Notes: generated from the sequence alone by a model not told the origin. A stretch of 64,000 bases of DNA from an uncultured Bacilli bacterium (GCA_947627195.1 CANQVC010000001.1:99671-163670); one strand, 5' to 3'. Positions 39,467 to 52,841 are shown, counted from the stretch's first letter. Made by a program: numbers and translations.

Positions 39467-39943
39467 ATGGCAAAAGTAAAAGTAATCATGGGATCAATTA
39501 GTGACTATGAAGTAATGAAAGAAGCAGAACCAATTTTTAAAGAATTAGGTGTTGAATACGAAATGGAAGTAGTCAGTGCTCATCGTACACCTGATAAAAT
39601 GTATGAATTTGCGAAAAGTGCTAGAAAAAATGGTTATAAAGTTATAATTGCTGGTGCAGGTGGAGCTGCTCATTTACCAGGAATGGTGGCATCAATGACT
39701 ACACTACCTGTAATAGGCGTTCCTGTACAAACTAAAGCATTACATGGATTAGATTCTCTTTTATCAATTGTACAAATGCCTGCAGGTATTCCTGTTGCTA
39801 CAGTTGCCATAAATAATGCCAAAAATGCTGCTTTATTAGCTTGTCAAATATTATCTATTGAAGATAAAAATTTAGAAATAAAATTAGAAGAATATCGTAA
39901 TTCATTAAAAGAAAAGGTGTTATCAAGTGTCATCAATCAATAA
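39467..39943 (+). CDS. purE: N5-carboxyaminoimidazole ribonucleotide mutase (class I PurE)
   Basis: [16 protein letters not shown]..., [14 protein letters not shown] (PurE signature). Followed by purK. Confidence 0.9.
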   Translation: MAKVKVIMGSISDYEVMKEAEPIFKELGVEYEMEVVSAHRTPDKMYEFAKSARKNGYKVIIAGAGGAAHLPGMVASMTTLPVIGVPVQTKALHGLDSLLSIVQMPAGIPVATVAINNAKNAALLACQILSIEDKNLEIKLEEYRNSLKEKVLSSVINQ

Positions 39944-41039
39944 AACTTTGGGAATTATTGGTGCTGGTCAATTAGGAATGATGATTGTTGAAGCGGCAAA
40001 AAAAAGAGGAATGAATACAATTGTTTTAGATCCTAATCCTAATTCACCAGCTTTTCGTATTGCTGATAAATATATAAATAAAAGTTTTTCTGATATTAAT
40101 GCTGTAACTGAATTATGTAAAAATTCAGATATTGTAACATATGAATTCGAAAATGTTGATGATGTTATAATTAATGCGGTATGTGAAAAATATAATATAC
40201 CTCAAGGAGCAATGCCTTTATATTATTCTAAGAATCGTTTACGCGAAAAAAAATTAGCCAATTCATGTAAAATTCCTACTGCTAGTTTTCAAAGTGTTCG
40301 CAAAAAAGAAGATTTAATAAATGGAATTAAAAAATTTGGTTATCCTTGTATTTTAAAAACTACAGAAGATGGTTATGATGGCAAAGGACAATTATTTATT
40401 CATAACGAAGAAGATTTACCTAAAGCATATGAATTTATTCAAATAAATTGTATGTTAATGGAATGTATATTAGAAAAAGTTGTTTCATTTGATTTTGAAG
40501 TATCATCTATATCTTTTCGTAGTTTAGATTCATCATTTACTATGTTACCAATTGTTAGAAATATTCATAAAAATGGTATCCTCAATTTAACAATAGCTCC
40601 TGCTATTTTATCTAAACAATTGGAAAATAAAATAATTGAAGCAAGTAGATCTTTTATGGAAATGAATAATTTCTATGGTATTATGACTATTGAATTCTTT
40701 GTTCAAGGAAATGATATATTTTTTAATGAAATGGCACCTAGACCACATAATTCAGGACATTATTCCATTGAAGCTTGTAATTATTCCCAATATGATTTAT
40801 TAATAATGTCATTATTAGGAGAAAAATTACCTCAAGATATTACCTTAAAACCTTGTGTCATGAAAAATATTTTAGGTTATAATCTAGATTTTGTTGATAA
40901 AATTAAAAAAATGAATTTAAAAGATACATATATTCATATGTATGGTAAAAAAGAAGTAATGCCTAATCGAAAAATGGGACACATTACATTTATTGGTTAT
41001 GATTTAGAAAAATATAAAAATACAATTGAAAATATATAA
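39927..41039 (+). CDS. purK: N5-carboxyaminoimidazole ribonucleotide synthase (ATP-grasp)
   Basis: [13 protein letters not shown]-terminus and ATP-grasp body. GTG start 6 nt after AAAAGGTG. 17-nt overlap with purE. Confidence 0.85.
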   Translation: MSSINKTLGIIGAGQLGMMIVEAAKKRGMNTIVLDPNPNSPAFRIADKYINKSFSDINAVTELCKNSDIVTYEFENVDDVIINAVCEKYNIPQGAMPLYYSKNRLREKKLANSCKIPTASFQSVRKKEDLINGIKKFGYPCILKTTEDGYDGKGQLFIHNEEDLPKAYEFIQINCMLMECILEKVVSFDFEVSSISFRSLDSSFTMLPIVRNIHKNGILNLTIAPAILSKQLENKIIEASRSFMEMNNFYGIMTIEFFVQGNDIFFNEMAPRPHNSGHYSIEACNYSQYDLLIMSLLGEKLPQDITLKPCVMKNILGYNLDFVDKIKKMNLKDTYIHMYGKKEVMPNRKMGHITFIGYDLEKYKNTIENI

Positions 41040-41057
41040 AAATGAAAGAAGGAAAAC

Positions 41058-44000
41058 ATGAATTGCCGAATATTCGTTGAAAAAAAGCCAGGCTTTCGTA
41101 TTGAAAGTGAAGATTTATTAAAAAGTTTATGTGAAAAATTAAAATTAAATTTAACATCACTTCGTATTATTCAAATATATGATATTTTTCATATTGAAAA
41201 AGAATTATTAGAAAAAGCTAAATATACTGTTTTTGGCGAAATTGTTACCGATATTGTTTATGATAAATTAGATTTAAATGGATTACAATATATTGCTGTT
41301 GAAAGCTTGCCTGGTCAATTTGATCAAAGAGCAAGTAGTGCAATGGAATGTTTATCTCTTCTTGAACCTTCTTCAAAAGCTATTGTTCGTTCAGGTAAAC
41401 TAATTATTTTTAATGATAAATTAACTAATGATAATATTAAAGCAATTAAGAAATTTTATATTAATGAAATTGAATCTCGTGAAAAAGACATGACAATATT
41501 GCAAGAAAATGAATTTGTTAATGTGTCTAATGTTCATGAAATGAATAATTTTATAAATTTAAATAAAGAACAATTAGAGAATATTCGTTTATCTATGGGA
41601 CTAGCTATGTCAATAGAAGATTTAATGTTTATTCAAGATTATTTTAAACAAGAAAATAGAAATCCAATTGAAACTGAAATTAGAGTTCTTGATACTTATT
41701 GGTCGGATCATTGTCGCCATACAACATTTGAAACAGAATTAGTCGATATTAATATTGAAGATGGATATTTTAAAAAACAAATCGAAAATACCATTAATGA
41801 ATATTATCAAATGCGTAATGAAATAAATAATAATAAAAAAGTAACATTAATGGATATGGCAACGATTTGTGGGAAATATTTGCGTAAAAAAGGTTTATTA
41901 AATGATTTAGAAATAAGTGATGAAATAAATGCTTGTAGTGTTTATGTTGATGTATTAGTAAATCAAAAGAAAGAAAAATGGTTAATGATGTTTAAGAATG
42001 AAACACATAATCATCCAACAGAAATTGAACCATTTGGTGGAGCATCAACATGTATTGGTGGGGCTATTAGAGATCCATTAAGTGGTAGAAGTTATGTTTA
42101 TCAAGCAATGAGAATTACAGGGGCAGGTGATATTTTTACCCCATATGATAAAACTTTACCAGGTAAATTACCTCAAGCCCAAATATCGAAAACAGCTGCT
42201 AGTGGTTATTCTTCATATGGCAATCAAATTGGTTTAGCTACAACATTTGTTCATGAATTATACCATCCTGGATATGTTGCCAAACGTTTAGAAATTGGTG
42301 CTGTTGTAGGGGCTGTTAAAGCTAGTGATTTAAAAAGAGAAAAACCTAAAAAAGGTGACTTAATTATTTTATTTGGGGGAGCAACAGGACGTGATGGAAT
42401 TGGTGGAGCAACTGGAAGTAGTAAAGAACATACTGAAAGTTCTTTAGAAGTTTGTGCATCAGAAGTACAAAAAGGTAATGCTCCCGAAGAAAGAAAAATT
42501 CAAAGATTATTCCGTCGTCAAGAAGTAACAAAATTAATTAAAAAATCGAATGACTTTGGTGCTGGTGGTGTTAGTGTCGCTATTGGTGAACTTGCTGATG
42601 GACTTAATATTTATTTAGATCGTGTTCCATTAAAATATTCAGGACTAAATGCAACTGAAATTGCGATTAGTGAATCACAAGAAAGAATGAGTGTTGTTAT
42701 AGATCCTCTAGATAAAGATGAATTCTTTAAATATTGTCATGAAGAAAATTTAACAGCAGTAGTGATTGCGGAAGTAACAGATAATAATCGTTTAGTTATG
42801 TATTATCATGATAAAAAAGTTGTCGATATTTCTCGTGATTTTATTAATACAAATGGTGTTAGACAAAAAAATAATGTCTATATTAAATCACCTATAAATA
42901 AAGATTTTCGTAAAGATAGTGAAAATAATCACAATATAAAAGAACAATGGCTTAATAAATTACAAGATTTAAATGTCATGATGCAAAAAGGACTTGGCGA
43001 AATGTTTGATGCTTCAATTGGGGCATCAACCGTCCTAATGCCATATGGTGGTAAATATCAATTAACAGAAGCTCAAGCATCTGTTGAAACATTCCCTGTA
43101 TTAGATGGACATACAACTACAGCTAGTGTTTTATCATATGGATTTGATCCATATATATCAGAAATAAGTCCTTATCATGGTGCTGTTTATGCTATTTTAT
43201 CTTCAGTATGTAAAGTTGTTGCAACAGGTGCTGATTATAAAAATATAAGATTTACTTTCCAAGAATATTTTGAAAGATTAAATAAAGATGAAAATAAATG
43301 GGGTAAACCAACTGCAGCTTTACTTGGTTCAATATATGCGCAAATGAAATTAGGACTACCTTCAGTTGGTGGTAAAGATTCAATGAGTGGCACATTCAAA
43401 GATTTAAATGTCCCACCTACATTAGTATCTTTTGCCATAACTACTGAAGATACATCAAATATAATTAGTCCTGAATTTAAAGGTGTTGGTAATTATATTT
43501 ATTATTTACCACTAAAAGATGATAAAGATTACTTACCTGATTTTGATATTGAAAAGAAGTATTTCACATTTATTCATGAACATATTGTTAATAAAGAAAT
43601 ATTATCTTGTTATGCTTTAGGTTTTGGTGGCATTTGTGAAGCAATATCAAAAATGAGTTTTGGTAATAAAATTGGTTGTGAATTATATATTGATAATAAT
43701 TTATTTGATAAAGGATATGGTAGTTTTATATTTGAATCTAATTGTGAAATTAAAGATGAAATGGCTATTTTAATTGGTAAAACTATTCCAAGTCAAGTTA
43801 AAATTAAAGATGTCATTTTTGATATAAATGATTTACTTAAAGCAAATATGGAGAAATATGATCATATTTATCCTGCATATGGTAAAAATATGTTTAATTT
43901 TACTCCTATGAAAGTTAATCAAGAAAATGATAAAGCTATTTATAATGTTTATCCATATGAAAAAGTAGATGAAGTTTTAGTTTATATTCCAGTATTTCCA

Positions 44001-44774
44001 GGAACTAATTGTAGTATTGATACAAAGAAAGCATTTATTGACGCTGGGGCAAAAGTTATCGTCGATACATTTTGTAATCAAACTGCAAAAGACATTGATG
44101 AATCAATTGAAAGAATGGCTAAATACATTGAACAATGTCATATATTAGTGTTTGCTGGAGGATTTTCATCAGGAGATGAACCTGATGGAAGTGGTAAATT
44201 TATTGCTAATGTCATTCGTAATGACAAAATTTACCAAAGTATTCGTCATTTAATTCAAAGAAAAGGACTAATCTTAGGTATATGTAATGGTTTCCAAGCT
44301 CTTGTTAAATCAGGATTATTGCCATATGGTAATATTGAATCATTGAATGAAAATAGTCCAACATTATTTAAAAATGATATAAATCGCCATATTTCTAAAA
44401 TTGTATCAACTGTTGTGAAAACAAATAAATCGCCATGGTTATCTTCATTTAAAGTAGGAGAAATACATAATATTCCTATTTCTCATGGTGAAGGTAAATT
44501 TGTTATCAATCAACAGTTAGCTAAAGAATTATTTATTAATAATCAAGTTGCTTTTTTATATAGTGATGAAGATGGCAATGTAACTAATGACAGTCTTATT
44601 AATCCTAATGGATCTCATTATGGAATTGAAGGAATAATTTCTAAAGATGGCTTAATATTAGGTAAAATGGGACATAGTGAAAGAAAAGGGAATAATTTAT
44701 ATAAAAATATTTCGGGAAATAAAGAACAAGATATTTTTAGAAATGCAGTAAAGTATTTTAAAAAAGAGGAGTAA
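41058..44774 (+). CDS. purL: Phosphoribosylformylglycinamidine synthase, large single-chain form (PurS-like, FGAM synthetase and glutaminase domains fused)
   Basis: 1238 aa. The central PurM-like domains and the C-terminal class-I glutamine amidotransferase domain ([13 protein letters not shown]) are in one ORF. No separate purS or purQ in the operon. Confidence 0.85.
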   Translation: MNCRIFVEKKPGFRIESEDLLKSLCEKLKLNLTSLRIIQIYDIFHIEKELLEKAKYTVFGEIVTDIVYDKLDLNGLQYIAVESLPGQFDQRASSAMECLSLLEPSSKAIVRSGKLIIFNDKLTNDNIKAIKKFYINEIESREKDMTILQENEFVNVSNVHEMNNFINLNKEQLENIRLSMGLAMSIEDLMFIQDYFKQENRNPIETEIRVLDTYWSDHCRHTTFETELVDINIEDGYFKKQIENTINEYYQMRNEINNNKKVTLMDMATICGKYLRKKGLLNDLEISDEINACSVYVDVLVNQKKEKWLMMFKNETHNHPTEIEPFGGASTCIGGAIRDPLSGRSYVYQAMRITGAGDIFTPYDKTLPGKLPQAQISKTAASGYSSYGNQIGLATTFVHELYHPGYVAKRLEIGAVVGAVKASDLKREKPKKGDLIILFGGATGRDGIGGATGSSKEHTESSLEVCASEVQKGNAPEERKIQRLFRRQEVTKLIKKSNDFGAGGVSVAIGELADGLNIYLDRVPLKYSGLNATEIAISESQERMSVVIDPLDKDEFFKYCHEENLTAVVIAEVTDNNRLVMYYHDKKVVDISRDFINTNGVRQKNNVYIKSPINKDFRKDSENNHNIKEQWLNKLQDLNVMMQKGLGEMFDASIGASTVLMPYGGKYQLTEAQASVETFPVLDGHTTTASVLSYGFDPYISEISPYHGAVYAILSSVCKVVATGADYKNIRFTFQEYFERLNKDENKWGKPTAALLGSIYAQMKLGLPSVGGKDSMSGTFKDLNVPPTLVSFAITTEDTSNIISPEFKGVGNYIYYLPLKDDKDYLPDFDIEKKYFTFIHEHIVNKEILSCYALGFGGICEAISKMSFGNKIGCELYIDNNLFDKGYGSFIFESNCEIKDEMAILIGKTIPSQVKIKDVIFDINDLLKANMEKYDHIYPAYGKNMFNFTPMKVNQENDKAIYNVYPYEKVDEVLVYIPVFPGTNCSIDTKKAFIDAGAKVIVDTFCNQTAKDIDESIERMAKYIEQCHILVFAGGFSSGDEPDGSGKFIANVIRNDKIYQSIRHLIQRKGLILGICNGFQALVKSGLLPYGNIESLNENSPTLFKNDINRHISKIVSTVVKTNKSPWLSSFKVGEIHNIPISHGEGKFVINQQLAKELFINNQVAFLYSDEDGNVTNDSLINPNGSHYGIEGIISKDGLILGKMGHSERKGNNLYKNISGNKEQDIFRNAVKYFKKEE

Positions 44775-44778
44775 AATC

Positions 44779-45489
44779 ATGAAAAAACTAAATTTATTGT
44801 ATGAAGGAAAAGCAAAACAAGTTTATGCTACAGATGAAGAAAATGTCATCATTGTTCATTACAAAGATGATGCTACAGCTTATAATGGAATAAAAAAAGC
44901 TAGTATTGCTAATAAAGGTATTTTAAATAATGAAATTAGCACAATCTTATTTAATAAATTAAAAGAAAAAGGTATTCCAACTCATTTTATTGAAAAAATT
45001 AATGAACGTGACCAAGTATGTAAACTTGTTAAAATATTACCTTTAGAAGTTATTGTTCGTAATTTAATTGCAGGAAGTATGTCTAAAAGATTAGGTATTC
45101 CTGAAGGTACTAAACCTTCTAATGTTATATTAGAAATTTGTTACAAAAATGATGAATTAGGAGATCCATTAATTAATGATCATCATGCTGTTGCATTAGG
45201 ATTATGTACATATGAAGAATTAAATGAAGTTTATTCTTTAACTCGTCAAATCAATGAAATATTAATTGATATATTTAAGAAAATTAATATTATTTTAGTT
45301 GATTTTAAAATTGAATTTGGTAAAACAGCAGATGGTAAAATTGTCCTTGCTGATGAAATTTCTCCTGATACTGCTAGATTATGGGATAAAGATACTTTAA
45401 CTAAATTAGATAAAGATCGTTTCCGTCGTGATTTAGGTAAAGTAGAAGAAGCTTATGTTGAAATATTAAATCGTTTAAAATCATTATAG
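44779..45489 (+). CDS. purC: SAICAR synthetase
   Basis: [29 protein letters not shown], canonical PurC N-terminus. Confidence 0.9.
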   Translation: MKKLNLLYEGKAKQVYATDEENVIIVHYKDDATAYNGIKKASIANKGILNNEISTILFNKLKEKGIPTHFIEKINERDQVCKLVKILPLEVIVRNLIAGSMSKRLGIPEGTKPSNVILEICYKNDELGDPLINDHHAVALGLCTYEELNEVYSLTRQINEILIDIFKKINIILVDFKIEFGKTADGKIVLADEISPDTARLWDKDTLTKLDKDRFRRDLGKVEEAYVEILNRLKSL

Positions 45490-45502
45490 AAGGAAGTTAA
45501 TA

Positions 45503-46900
45503 ATGCAAGATATTTTTGATCAATTACACGAAGAGTGTGGCGTATTTGGAATATATAATATAAATCATGCAGCAAATCTTACTTACCTTGGTTTGCATTC
45601 ATTGCAACATCGTGGACAAGAAGGATGTGGAATTGTATGTAATGATCATGGCGAAATGTCCAGAATGAAAGGACAAGGACTTGTTACTGAAGTATTTAGT
45701 GCTAGTCAACTAGAAAAAATGAAAGGAAATTGTGCTATTGGTCATGTTCGTTATTCCACAACAGGTGGAAATGTGATTGAAAATGTCCAACCATTTTTAT
45801 TCCATCATCATACTGGAGAATTTGCTTTAGCTCATAATGGTAATTTAGTAAATTCTAATGAATTAAGACTTTATTTAGAAAATAAAGGTAGTATTTTTCA
45901 ATCAACTTCTGATTCAGAAATATTAGCTCATCTAATGAAAAAAAATGCTGATAGTGAAAATAGAATTGTTAATATTATTGATGCTTTAAATATGTTAGAA
46001 GGAGCTTTTGCCTTTGTTATATTAACAAAAGATAAATTATATGCATGTCGTGATAAATATGGCTTTCGTCCTTTAGTAATTGGTAAAAAAGATGATGGAT
46101 ATGTCGTATCAAGTGAAACTTGTGGACTTGATATTGTTGGGGCAACTTATATTCGCGATTTAGAACCTGGGGAAGTTGTTTGTTTTTCCCAAGATGGAAT
46201 GAAAAGTTACCAATATTCACAATTTAAACATTATAAAATGTGTGCAATGGAATATATTTATTTTTCTCGTCCCGATAGTAATTTAGAAGGATTAAATTGT
46301 CATACATTTCGTCGTATTTCGGGAAAAATTTTGGCTCAAGAATCACCAGTTGATGCCGATATTGTCATTGGTGTTCCTGATTCATCTTTATCTGCTGCAA
46401 TGGGATATGCTGATGAAAGTAAAATTCCATATGAAATGGGATTGATTAAAAATAAATATGTTGGTAGAACTTTTATTCAACCATCACAAGAATTACGTGA
46501 ACGTGGTGTATTAATGAAATTAAGTCCTATTCAATCTGTTGTTTCAGGTAAAAGAATTGTTTTAATTGACGATTCATTAGTTAGAGGAACAACATCAAAA
46601 AGGATTGTTCGCATGTTAAAAGAAGCAGGGGCAAAAGAAGTACATCTACGTATTGCTTCTCCACAAATTATTAGTCCATGTTTTTATGGCGTTGATATGT
46701 CAACTTATGATGAATTAATGAGTGCATGCATGTCATTAGATGAAATGCAAAAAGAATTAGATGTTGAATCTTTAAAATTCCTTTCGATTGAAGGATTATA
46801 TAAAGCAGCATCACGTAAAGAACTTTGTACTGCATGCTTTACCAATGTTTATCCAACAAATACTTATAATTCAATGAAAAATACAAATAAGAAATCATAA
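45503..46900 (+). CDS. purF: Amidophosphoribosyltransferase with an 11-residue propeptide and Fe-S cluster cysteines (B. subtilis type)
   Basis: [18 protein letters not shown]: the Ntn-Cys follows an 11-aa propeptide. PRTase motif [13 protein letters not shown]-terminal Cys ligands ...SPCFYGVDM... and ...CTACFT... Confidence 0.9.
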   Translation: MQDIFDQLHEECGVFGIYNINHAANLTYLGLHSLQHRGQEGCGIVCNDHGEMSRMKGQGLVTEVFSASQLEKMKGNCAIGHVRYSTTGGNVIENVQPFLFHHHTGEFALAHNGNLVNSNELRLYLENKGSIFQSTSDSEILAHLMKKNADSENRIVNIIDALNMLEGAFAFVILTKDKLYACRDKYGFRPLVIGKKDDGYVVSSETCGLDIVGATYIRDLEPGEVVCFSQDGMKSYQYSQFKHYKMCAMEYIYFSRPDSNLEGLNCHTFRRISGKILAQESPVDADIVIGVPDSSLSAAMGYADESKIPYEMGLIKNKYVGRTFIQPSQELRERGVLMKLSPIQSVVSGKRIVLIDDSLVRGTTSKRIVRMLKEAGAKEVHLRIASPQIISPCFYGVDMSTYDELMSACMSLDEMQKELDVESLKFLSIEGLYKAASRKELCTACFTNVYPTNTYNSMKNTNKKS

Positions 46901-46910
46901 AGGAGTAATT

Positions 46911-47933
46911 ATGTCAAAAAAATATCAAGCATCGGGAGTTAATCTAGAAGCTGGTTATGAAGTAGTTAGAAGAATAAAAAAACATGTTCAATCTACTAAT
47001 CGTTTAGGTACACTTGGTACAATTGGTGCTTTTGGTGGTATGTTTGATTTATCAGAACTAAAGATGAAAGAACCAGTTTTAGTTAGTGGCACTGATGGCG
47101 TTGGAACTAAATTAAAATTAGCTTTTGCGATGGATAAACATGATACCATTGGTATTGATGCTGTTGCGATGTGTGTTAATGATGTTTTAGCTCAAGGAGC
47201 AGAACCACTATTCTTTTTAGATTATGTTGCTGTTGGTAAAAATCATCCTGAAAAAATCGAAATGATTGTGAAAGGGGTTTGTGATGGATGTTTACAAGCA
47301 GGTTGTGCATTAATTGGTGGTGAAACCGCCGAAATGCCAGGAATGTATGATGAAGATGAATATGATATAGCTGGTTTTACAGTAGGAGCTGTGGAAAAAA
47401 GTAAATTAATTGATGGAAGCAAAGTAAATGTTGGTGATGTTTTAATTGGTTTAGCTTCAAGTGGTGTTCATTCAAATGGCTTTTCTTTAGTTCGTAAGAT
47501 TATTAAAGATAATAATTTAGATTTACATCAATATTATGAAGAATTAAATGATAAACTTGGTAATGTCTTACTTGCTCCAACAAAAATATATGTTAAACCT
47601 GTCTTAAATTTATTTAAGAAATTTGATATTCATGCTATTGCTCATATAACAGGAGGAGGATTTGATGAAAATATTCCCCGTATATTGCATGATGGTCAAG
47701 GATTTAAAGTTTATACAAACAATTGGCCAATTTTACCAATATTTACCTTTTTAGAAAATAAAGGAAATATTGAACATCGCGAAATGTTTAATGTCTTTAA
47801 CATGGGTATAGGTATGGTATTAGCTACTAATCCAAATGAAAAAGATGATATTATTAAATCACTAAAACAAGATGGAATTGATGCTTATATCATTGGCGAA
47901 GTAACTAATAATAATAAAATTGAAATATTATAA
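46911..47933 (+). CDS. purM: AIR synthetase
   Basis: [15 protein letters not shown]..., GTDGVGTK..., canonical PurM. Confidence 0.9.
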   Translation: MSKKYQASGVNLEAGYEVVRRIKKHVQSTNRLGTLGTIGAFGGMFDLSELKMKEPVLVSGTDGVGTKLKLAFAMDKHDTIGIDAVAMCVNDVLAQGAEPLFFLDYVAVGKNHPEKIEMIVKGVCDGCLQAGCALIGGETAEMPGMYDEDEYDIAGFTVGAVEKSKLIDGSKVNVGDVLIGLASSGVHSNGFSLVRKIIKDNNLDLHQYYEELNDKLGNVLLAPTKIYVKPVLNLFKKFDIHAIAHITGGGFDENIPRILHDGQGFKVYTNNWPILPIFTFLENKGNIEHREMFNVFNMGIGMVLATNPNEKDDIIKSLKQDGIDAYIIGEVTNNNKIEIL

Positions 47934-47943
47934 GGTGAATAAA

Positions 47944-48516
47944 ATGAAAAAATTAGCTGTTTTTGCTAGTGGTAATGGTGGTAATTTACAATCAATTTTA
48001 GAAGCTGCAAGAGATAAAATAATTGATGCTCAAGTTGTTTTAGTAGTATGTGATAATCCTAATGCATATTGCATCAAAAGAGCAAAAAATTTTAATATTG
48101 AATGTCTTGTCTTTAATCCTCAAGATTTCACATCAAAAAAGTTACTTGAAGATTATATTTTAAATAAAATTGAACCATTAAATCTTGATTATATTTGCCT
48201 TGCAGGATATATGCGTATTTTATCTAAAAGATTTGTTCATAAATATCAAGATAAAATAATAAACATTCACCCTTCTTTATTACCATCATTTAAAGGAGCA
48301 CATGGAATTTATGATGCTTTTCAATATGGGGTTAAAATAATGGGTGTTACAATTCATTATGTTGATGAAGAAATTGATCATGGAAAAATTATTGCCCAAG
48401 AATGTTTTCATGTTCAAGATGATGATACACTTGAAACTGTTGAAGAAAAAATACATGATATTGAACATCCATTGTATGTGAAAGTATTAAAAATGTTATG
48501 TAATAAAGGAGAGTAA
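47944..48516 (+). CDS. purN: GAR formyltransferase
   Basis: MKKLAVFASGNGGNLQ, INIHPSLLPSFKG. The track's start at 47920 is a TTG inside purM; the ATG at 47944 is 5 nt after AAGGTGA. Confidence 0.85.
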   Translation: MKKLAVFASGNGGNLQSILEAARDKIIDAQVVLVVCDNPNAYCIKRAKNFNIECLVFNPQDFTSKKLLEDYILNKIEPLNLDYICLAGYMRILSKRFVHKYQDKIINIHPSLLPSFKGAHGIYDAFQYGVKIMGVTIHYVDEEIDHGKIIAQECFHVQDDDTLETVEEKIHDIEHPLYVKVLKMLCNKGE

Positions 48517-48524
48517 AATAACAT

Positions 48525-50060
48525 ATGAAAAGAGCTTTAATTAGTGTAAGTGATAAAACAGGATTAGTTGCTTTTTGTCAAGAACTTGTGAAATTAGATT
48601 ATCAAATTATTTCCACAGGTGGAACAAAGAAAACTTTAGAAGAAAATGGTATTAAAGTAATTGGTATTAGTGAAGTAACTAATTTCCCTGAAATATTAGA
48701 TGGTAGAGTAAAAACTCTTCATCCTAATGTTCATGGGGCATTATTAGCTAAAAGAAATAATCCTGAACATATGAATACTTTAAAAGAACATCATATAGAT
48801 TTAATTGATATGGTTGTTGTTAATCTATATCCTTTTAAAAAGACTATTGAAAGAGAAGATTGTACTCTTGATTTAGCAATCGAAAATATTGACATTGGTG
48901 GTCCAAGCATGTTAAGAAGTGCTGCCAAAAACTTTGAAAGTGTTACAGTAATATGTGATAGCAATGATTATGATAAAGTAATTCAAGAAATCAAAGAAAA
49001 TGGCGATACAACATATGATACAAGATTTTATTTAGCTGGTAAAGTATTTCGTCATACAGCAAGTTATGATACAATGATTAGTTCATACATCATGAAACAA
49101 ACTAATTTAGAGATTCCTGAAAAATTAAATCTTTCATTTGATTTAAAGCAAACATTACGTTATGGAGAAAATCCTCATCAAAAAGCCGCTTTTTATCAAG
49201 GTGAAAATACATCTTATTCAATGGCTTATGCTAATCAATTATGGGGTAAAGAATTATCTTATAATAATATTCAAGATGCTAATGCGGCATTAAATATTGT
49301 TCATGAATTTGATTCACCATGTGTTGTTGGTTTAAAACATATGAATCCATGTGGTGTTGGTATAGCTAATACAATTGATGAAGCTTATGATAAAGCTTAT
49401 ATGAGTGACCCTGTTTCTATTTTTGGTGGTATAATTGCCATGAATAGAGAAGTAACAGTAACAATGGCTAAGAAAATGAGTGAAATTTTCTTAGAAATTA
49501 TTCTTGCTCCATCATATAATGAAGAAGCATTAAAAATATTAAAGAAAAAGAAAAACATTCGTCTAATGACATATGATATGAATTCATCATTCAATGCTGA
49601 TAAAATGTATACATTTGTTAATGGTGGATTACTAGTCCAAGAAAGAGATACTTTAAATGTTATACGTGACAATATTAAAGTAGTTACAAAACTTTCACCA
49701 ACAAAAGAAGAATTAGAACAAATGATTTTTGGCTTTGCCGTATGTAAATATGTAAAATCAAATGCCATTACGGTTGTGAAAGACTATATGACAGTAGGTG
49801 TTGGGGCTGGACAAATGAATCGTGTTGGAAGTGCGCATATTGCTTTAGAACAAGCTAAAGCAAATGGTCATACAAAAGATTTAATTCTTGCCAGTGATGC
49901 CTTTTTCCCATTTGATGACGTTGTGAAAATGGCAAAAGAATATAATGTAACATGCATTATTCAACCAGGTGGATCCATAAAAGATGAAGATTCCATTCGT
50001 GCTTGCGATGAAGCAGGAATCAAAATGATATTTACAGGCATTCGCCATTTTAGACACTAA
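48525..50060 (+). CDS. purH: Bifunctional AICAR transformylase / IMP cyclohydrolase
   Basis: [15 protein letters not shown] (MGS-like IMPCH domain) plus C-terminal AICARFT domain. 511 aa. Confidence 0.9.
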   Translation: MKRALISVSDKTGLVAFCQELVKLDYQIISTGGTKKTLEENGIKVIGISEVTNFPEILDGRVKTLHPNVHGALLAKRNNPEHMNTLKEHHIDLIDMVVVNLYPFKKTIEREDCTLDLAIENIDIGGPSMLRSAAKNFESVTVICDSNDYDKVIQEIKENGDTTYDTRFYLAGKVFRHTASYDTMISSYIMKQTNLEIPEKLNLSFDLKQTLRYGENPHQKAAFYQGENTSYSMAYANQLWGKELSYNNIQDANAALNIVHEFDSPCVVGLKHMNPCGVGIANTIDEAYDKAYMSDPVSIFGGIIAMNREVTVTMAKKMSEIFLEIILAPSYNEEALKILKKKKNIRLMTYDMNSSFNADKMYTFVNGGLLVQERDTLNVIRDNIKVVTKLSPTKEELEQMIFGFAVCKYVKSNAITVVKDYMTVGVGAGQMNRVGSAHIALEQAKANGHTKDLILASDAFFPFDDVVKMAKEYNVTCIIQPGGSIKDEDSIRACDEAGIKMIFTGIRHFRH

Positions 50061-51331
50061 TGAAAGTTTTAGTTGTTGGTAAAGGGGGTCGAGAACATGC
50101 TATTGTTAAAGCGATATCTTTATCAAAGCAAGTTGATAAATTATATTGTGCCCCTGGAAATCCTGGAATGAGTAACATCGCTACACTTGTTCCCATTCAA
50201 GAAACTGATATAACAAATTTAGTTGAATTTGCGAAAAGAGAAAAAATAGATTTAACTGTTGTCGGTCCTGAAGCTTCATTAGCATTAGGAATAGTTGACG
50301 CCTTTAAAAAAGAAAATTTAAATATTTTTGGTCCAACAAAAGAAGCAACACAAATTGAATCAAGCAAAGAATTTGCAAAAAAGATTATGAAAAAATATCA
50401 TATTCCCACTGCTAATTATGAAAGTTTTAATTCATTTGATAATGCTGATCAATATTTAAAAAAGGCAAAATATCCAATAGTTATTAAGTTTGATGGACTT
50501 GCTGCTGGTAAAGGTGTTATTATAGCTAATAATTATGAAGAAGCAAACAAAGCAATAGAAGATATATTTATTAATAAAGTATTTGGAGATGGAAATATTA
50601 TTATTGAAGAATTTTTAGAAGGACCTGAATTTTCTTTAATGGCTTTTGTAGGTAATAATAAAGTATATCCAATGGTTTTAGCCCAAGATCATAAAAGAGC
50701 TTATGACCATGATTTAGGACCAAATACAGGTGGTATGGGGGCTTATTCACCAGTTGATTTCATAACTGATGAAGATATAAATTATGCCATTGAAAAAATT
50801 ATGAAACCAACTATAAATGGTTTATGGCAAGAAGGAATCCATTATGAGGGTGTCTTATATGGTGGATTAATGAAAACTAAAGATGGCATAAAAGTTATTG
50901 AATTTAATGCTAGATTTGGTGATCCTGAAACTGAAGTAGTATTGCCTAGATTAACTTCAGATATTGTTTCTATTTTTATGGGTATTTCCTCAAATAATCA
51001 TAATTTTGATGTTAAATGGGCAAATGAAAAAACAGTAGGTGTTGTATTAGCATCTAAAGGATATCCAGGCAAATATCAATCAGGATTTTTAATTGAAGGA
51101 TTAGATAAAGTTGATGCTTTAGTTTATCATATGGGAACAAAATTAATTAATAATAATTATTATACAAATGGTGGAAGAGTATTATTTGTTGTGGCAAAAG
51201 GAAAAACAATTGATAAAGCTTTAGAAAAAGTTTATCAAGAAATAAATAAAATCCATTGTGATAACTTATATTATCGAACTGATATTGCTTATCAAGCTTT
51301 ATCTACTAAACGAGGAGAAAAAAATGATTGA
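50060..51331 (+). CDS. purD: GAR synthetase
   Basis: [18 protein letters not shown]-grasp. Start overlaps the purH stop (TAATG). Confidence 0.9.
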   Translation: MKVLVVGKGGREHAIVKAISLSKQVDKLYCAPGNPGMSNIATLVPIQETDITNLVEFAKREKIDLTVVGPEASLALGIVDAFKKENLNIFGPTKEATQIESSKEFAKKIMKKYHIPTANYESFNSFDNADQYLKKAKYPIVIKFDGLAAGKGVIIANNYEEANKAIEDIFINKVFGDGNIIIEEFLEGPEFSLMAFVGNNKVYPMVLAQDHKRAYDHDLGPNTGGMGAYSPVDFITDEDINYAIEKIMKPTINGLWQEGIHYEGVLYGGLMKTKDGIKVIEFNARFGDPETEVVLPRLTSDIVSIFMGISSNNHNFDVKWANEKTVGVVLASKGYPGKYQSGFLIEGLDKVDALVYHMGTKLINNNYYTNGGRVLFVVAKGKTIDKALEKVYQEINKIHCDNLYYRTDIAYQALSTKRGEKND

Positions 51332-52619
51332 AAGATATTCAAGACCAGAAATGAGAAAAATTTGGACTGATGAAAATAAATTTCAAACATATTTAAATGT
51401 TGAAATATTAGCATTAGAAGCTTTTAATAAATTAGGAGTTGTTCCAGAAAAAGATTTAGATCTTATTAAATCTAAAGCTAAATTTTCTGTTAATAGAATT
51501 AGTGAAATCGAACAAGAAACTAAACATGATGTCGTAGCATTCACAAGATGTGTCAGTGAATCATTAGGTGATGAAGCTAAATGGGTGCATTATGGTTTGA
51601 CATCAACAGATGTTGTTGATACAGCTAATGGGGCAATGATTAAAGAAGCTAATAACATTCTTGATAAAGATATTTTGTCTTTAATGAATATTTTAAAAGA
51701 AAAAGCATTACAATTTAAAGATACTCCTTGTATTGGTCGCACTCATGGTGTTCATGCTGATATTACAAGTTTTGGCTTAAAATGGGCATTATGGTATGAA
51801 GATATGAAACGTAATTATGAACGCTTTAATATGGCAAGACATGATATTGAAGCTGGAAAAATTAGTGGAGCTGTTGGTAATTTCGCAAATGCTCCAATGT
51901 TTGTTCAAGATTATGTATGTGAAAAGTTAAATATTACATCAAGTAAAATATCAACACAAACTTTACAAAGAGATCGTCATGCTTTTTATATGTCTGTATT
52001 AGCATTAATAGCTGCAACTTTAGAGAAAATTGCTACTGAATTTCGTCATTTACAAAGAACAGAAGTACGTGAAGTAGAAGAAGGATTTTCTAAAGGACAA
52101 AAAGGTTCAAGTGCAATGCCTCACAAAAGAAATCCTATTTCTAGTGAAAATATATGTGGATGTGCTAGAGTAATGAGAGGATATATGCTAACATTTTATG
52201 AAAATGTTGCATTATGGCATGAAAGAGATATTTCCCATTCATCAACTGAAAGAATCATATTGCCTGATGCTACAATGTTATTAGATTATATGATTAATAG
52301 AATGATTAATATTATAAAAAATCTTGGTGTTTTTGTTGATAACATGAAACAAAATATTTACAAAACTCATCATGTCATATTTGCCCAAAGAGTAATGACT
52401 AAATTAATTGATAAAGGCTTTACTAGGGAAAAAGCATATGATTACATTCAAAAATATGCAATGGAAAGTTGGACTAAACAGATTGATTTTAAAGATTTAT
52501 TATGGAATGATCAACTTGTTCAAGAAAAACTAACCAAAGATGAATATGAAAGTTGTTTCACATTAGAATATTATTTAAGAAATGTTGAAGCAATTTATCA
52601 AAGAATTGGAATATTATAA
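51324..52619 (+). CDS. purB: Adenylosuccinate lyase
   Basis: MIERYSRPEM canonical N-terminus. Fumarate-lyase signature GSSAMPHKRNP. The ATG at 51324 follows GAGGAGAAA; the track's start at 51258 has no RBS and overlaps purD by 74 nt. Confidence 0.9.
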   Translation: MIERYSRPEMRKIWTDENKFQTYLNVEILALEAFNKLGVVPEKDLDLIKSKAKFSVNRISEIEQETKHDVVAFTRCVSESLGDEAKWVHYGLTSTDVVDTANGAMIKEANNILDKDILSLMNILKEKALQFKDTPCIGRTHGVHADITSFGLKWALWYEDMKRNYERFNMARHDIEAGKISGAVGNFANAPMFVQDYVCEKLNITSSKISTQTLQRDRHAFYMSVLALIAATLEKIATEFRHLQRTEVREVEEGFSKGQKGSSAMPHKRNPISSENICGCARVMRGYMLTFYENVALWHERDISHSSTERIILPDATMLLDYMINRMINIIKNLGVFVDNMKQNIYKTHHVIFAQRVMTKLIDKGFTREKAYDYIQKYAMESWTKQIDFKDLLWNDQLVQEKLTKDEYESCFTLEYYLRNVEAIYQRIGIL

Positions 52620-52673
52620 ATAAATAATATAAATAAATAATATAAATAAATTTATATTAATAATAATAATAAT

Positions 52674-52716
52674 AAACTATAGATAATCGTTTGATGATAC
52701 TTCTATAGTTTTTTTG
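52674..52716 (+). terminator. Rho-independent terminator ending the pur operon
   Basis: aaactatag (52674-82), a 20-nt loop, ctatagttt, then T7. Confidence 0.55.
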
Positions 52717-52811
52717 TATAAGAGAATAAAATATATTATTTTTTTAAAAAATATTTTATTTTTTTAAACATAAATCTTAAAAGTGTGTTATAATTAAGTA
52801 TAAAAATAATC

Positions 52812-52841
52812 AAATGAATTAAATTAGTAATTAATTCATTT
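52812..52841 (+). promoter_or_regulatory. Palindromic operator-like site between a putative promoter (extended -10 tgTTATAAT at about 52781-90) and the vWA gene RBS
   Basis: AAATGAATTAA-attagtaa-TTAATTCATTT: 11-bp perfect inverted-repeat arms with an 8-bp spacer. Confidence 0.4.

Noticed and set aside
43235-43438. 67-aa minus-strand ORF inside purL
   Set aside because: Antisense to a universally conserved purine-biosynthesis gene.
46017-46220. 67-aa minus-strand ORF inside purF
   Set aside because: Antisense to a universally conserved purine-biosynthesis gene.
48286-48468. 60-aa minus-strand ORF inside purN
   Set aside because: Antisense to a universally conserved purine-biosynthesis gene.
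49397-49768. 123-aa minus-strand ORF inside purH
   Set aside because: Antisense to a universally conserved purine-biosynthesis gene.
52741-52765. AT-only palindrome AAAAATATTTTATTTTT upstream of the cassette promoter
   Set aside because: Low-complexity A/T palindromes of this length are expected by chance at about 28% GC. Only the information-rich 11-bp AAATGAATTAA inverted repeat was kept as a finding.
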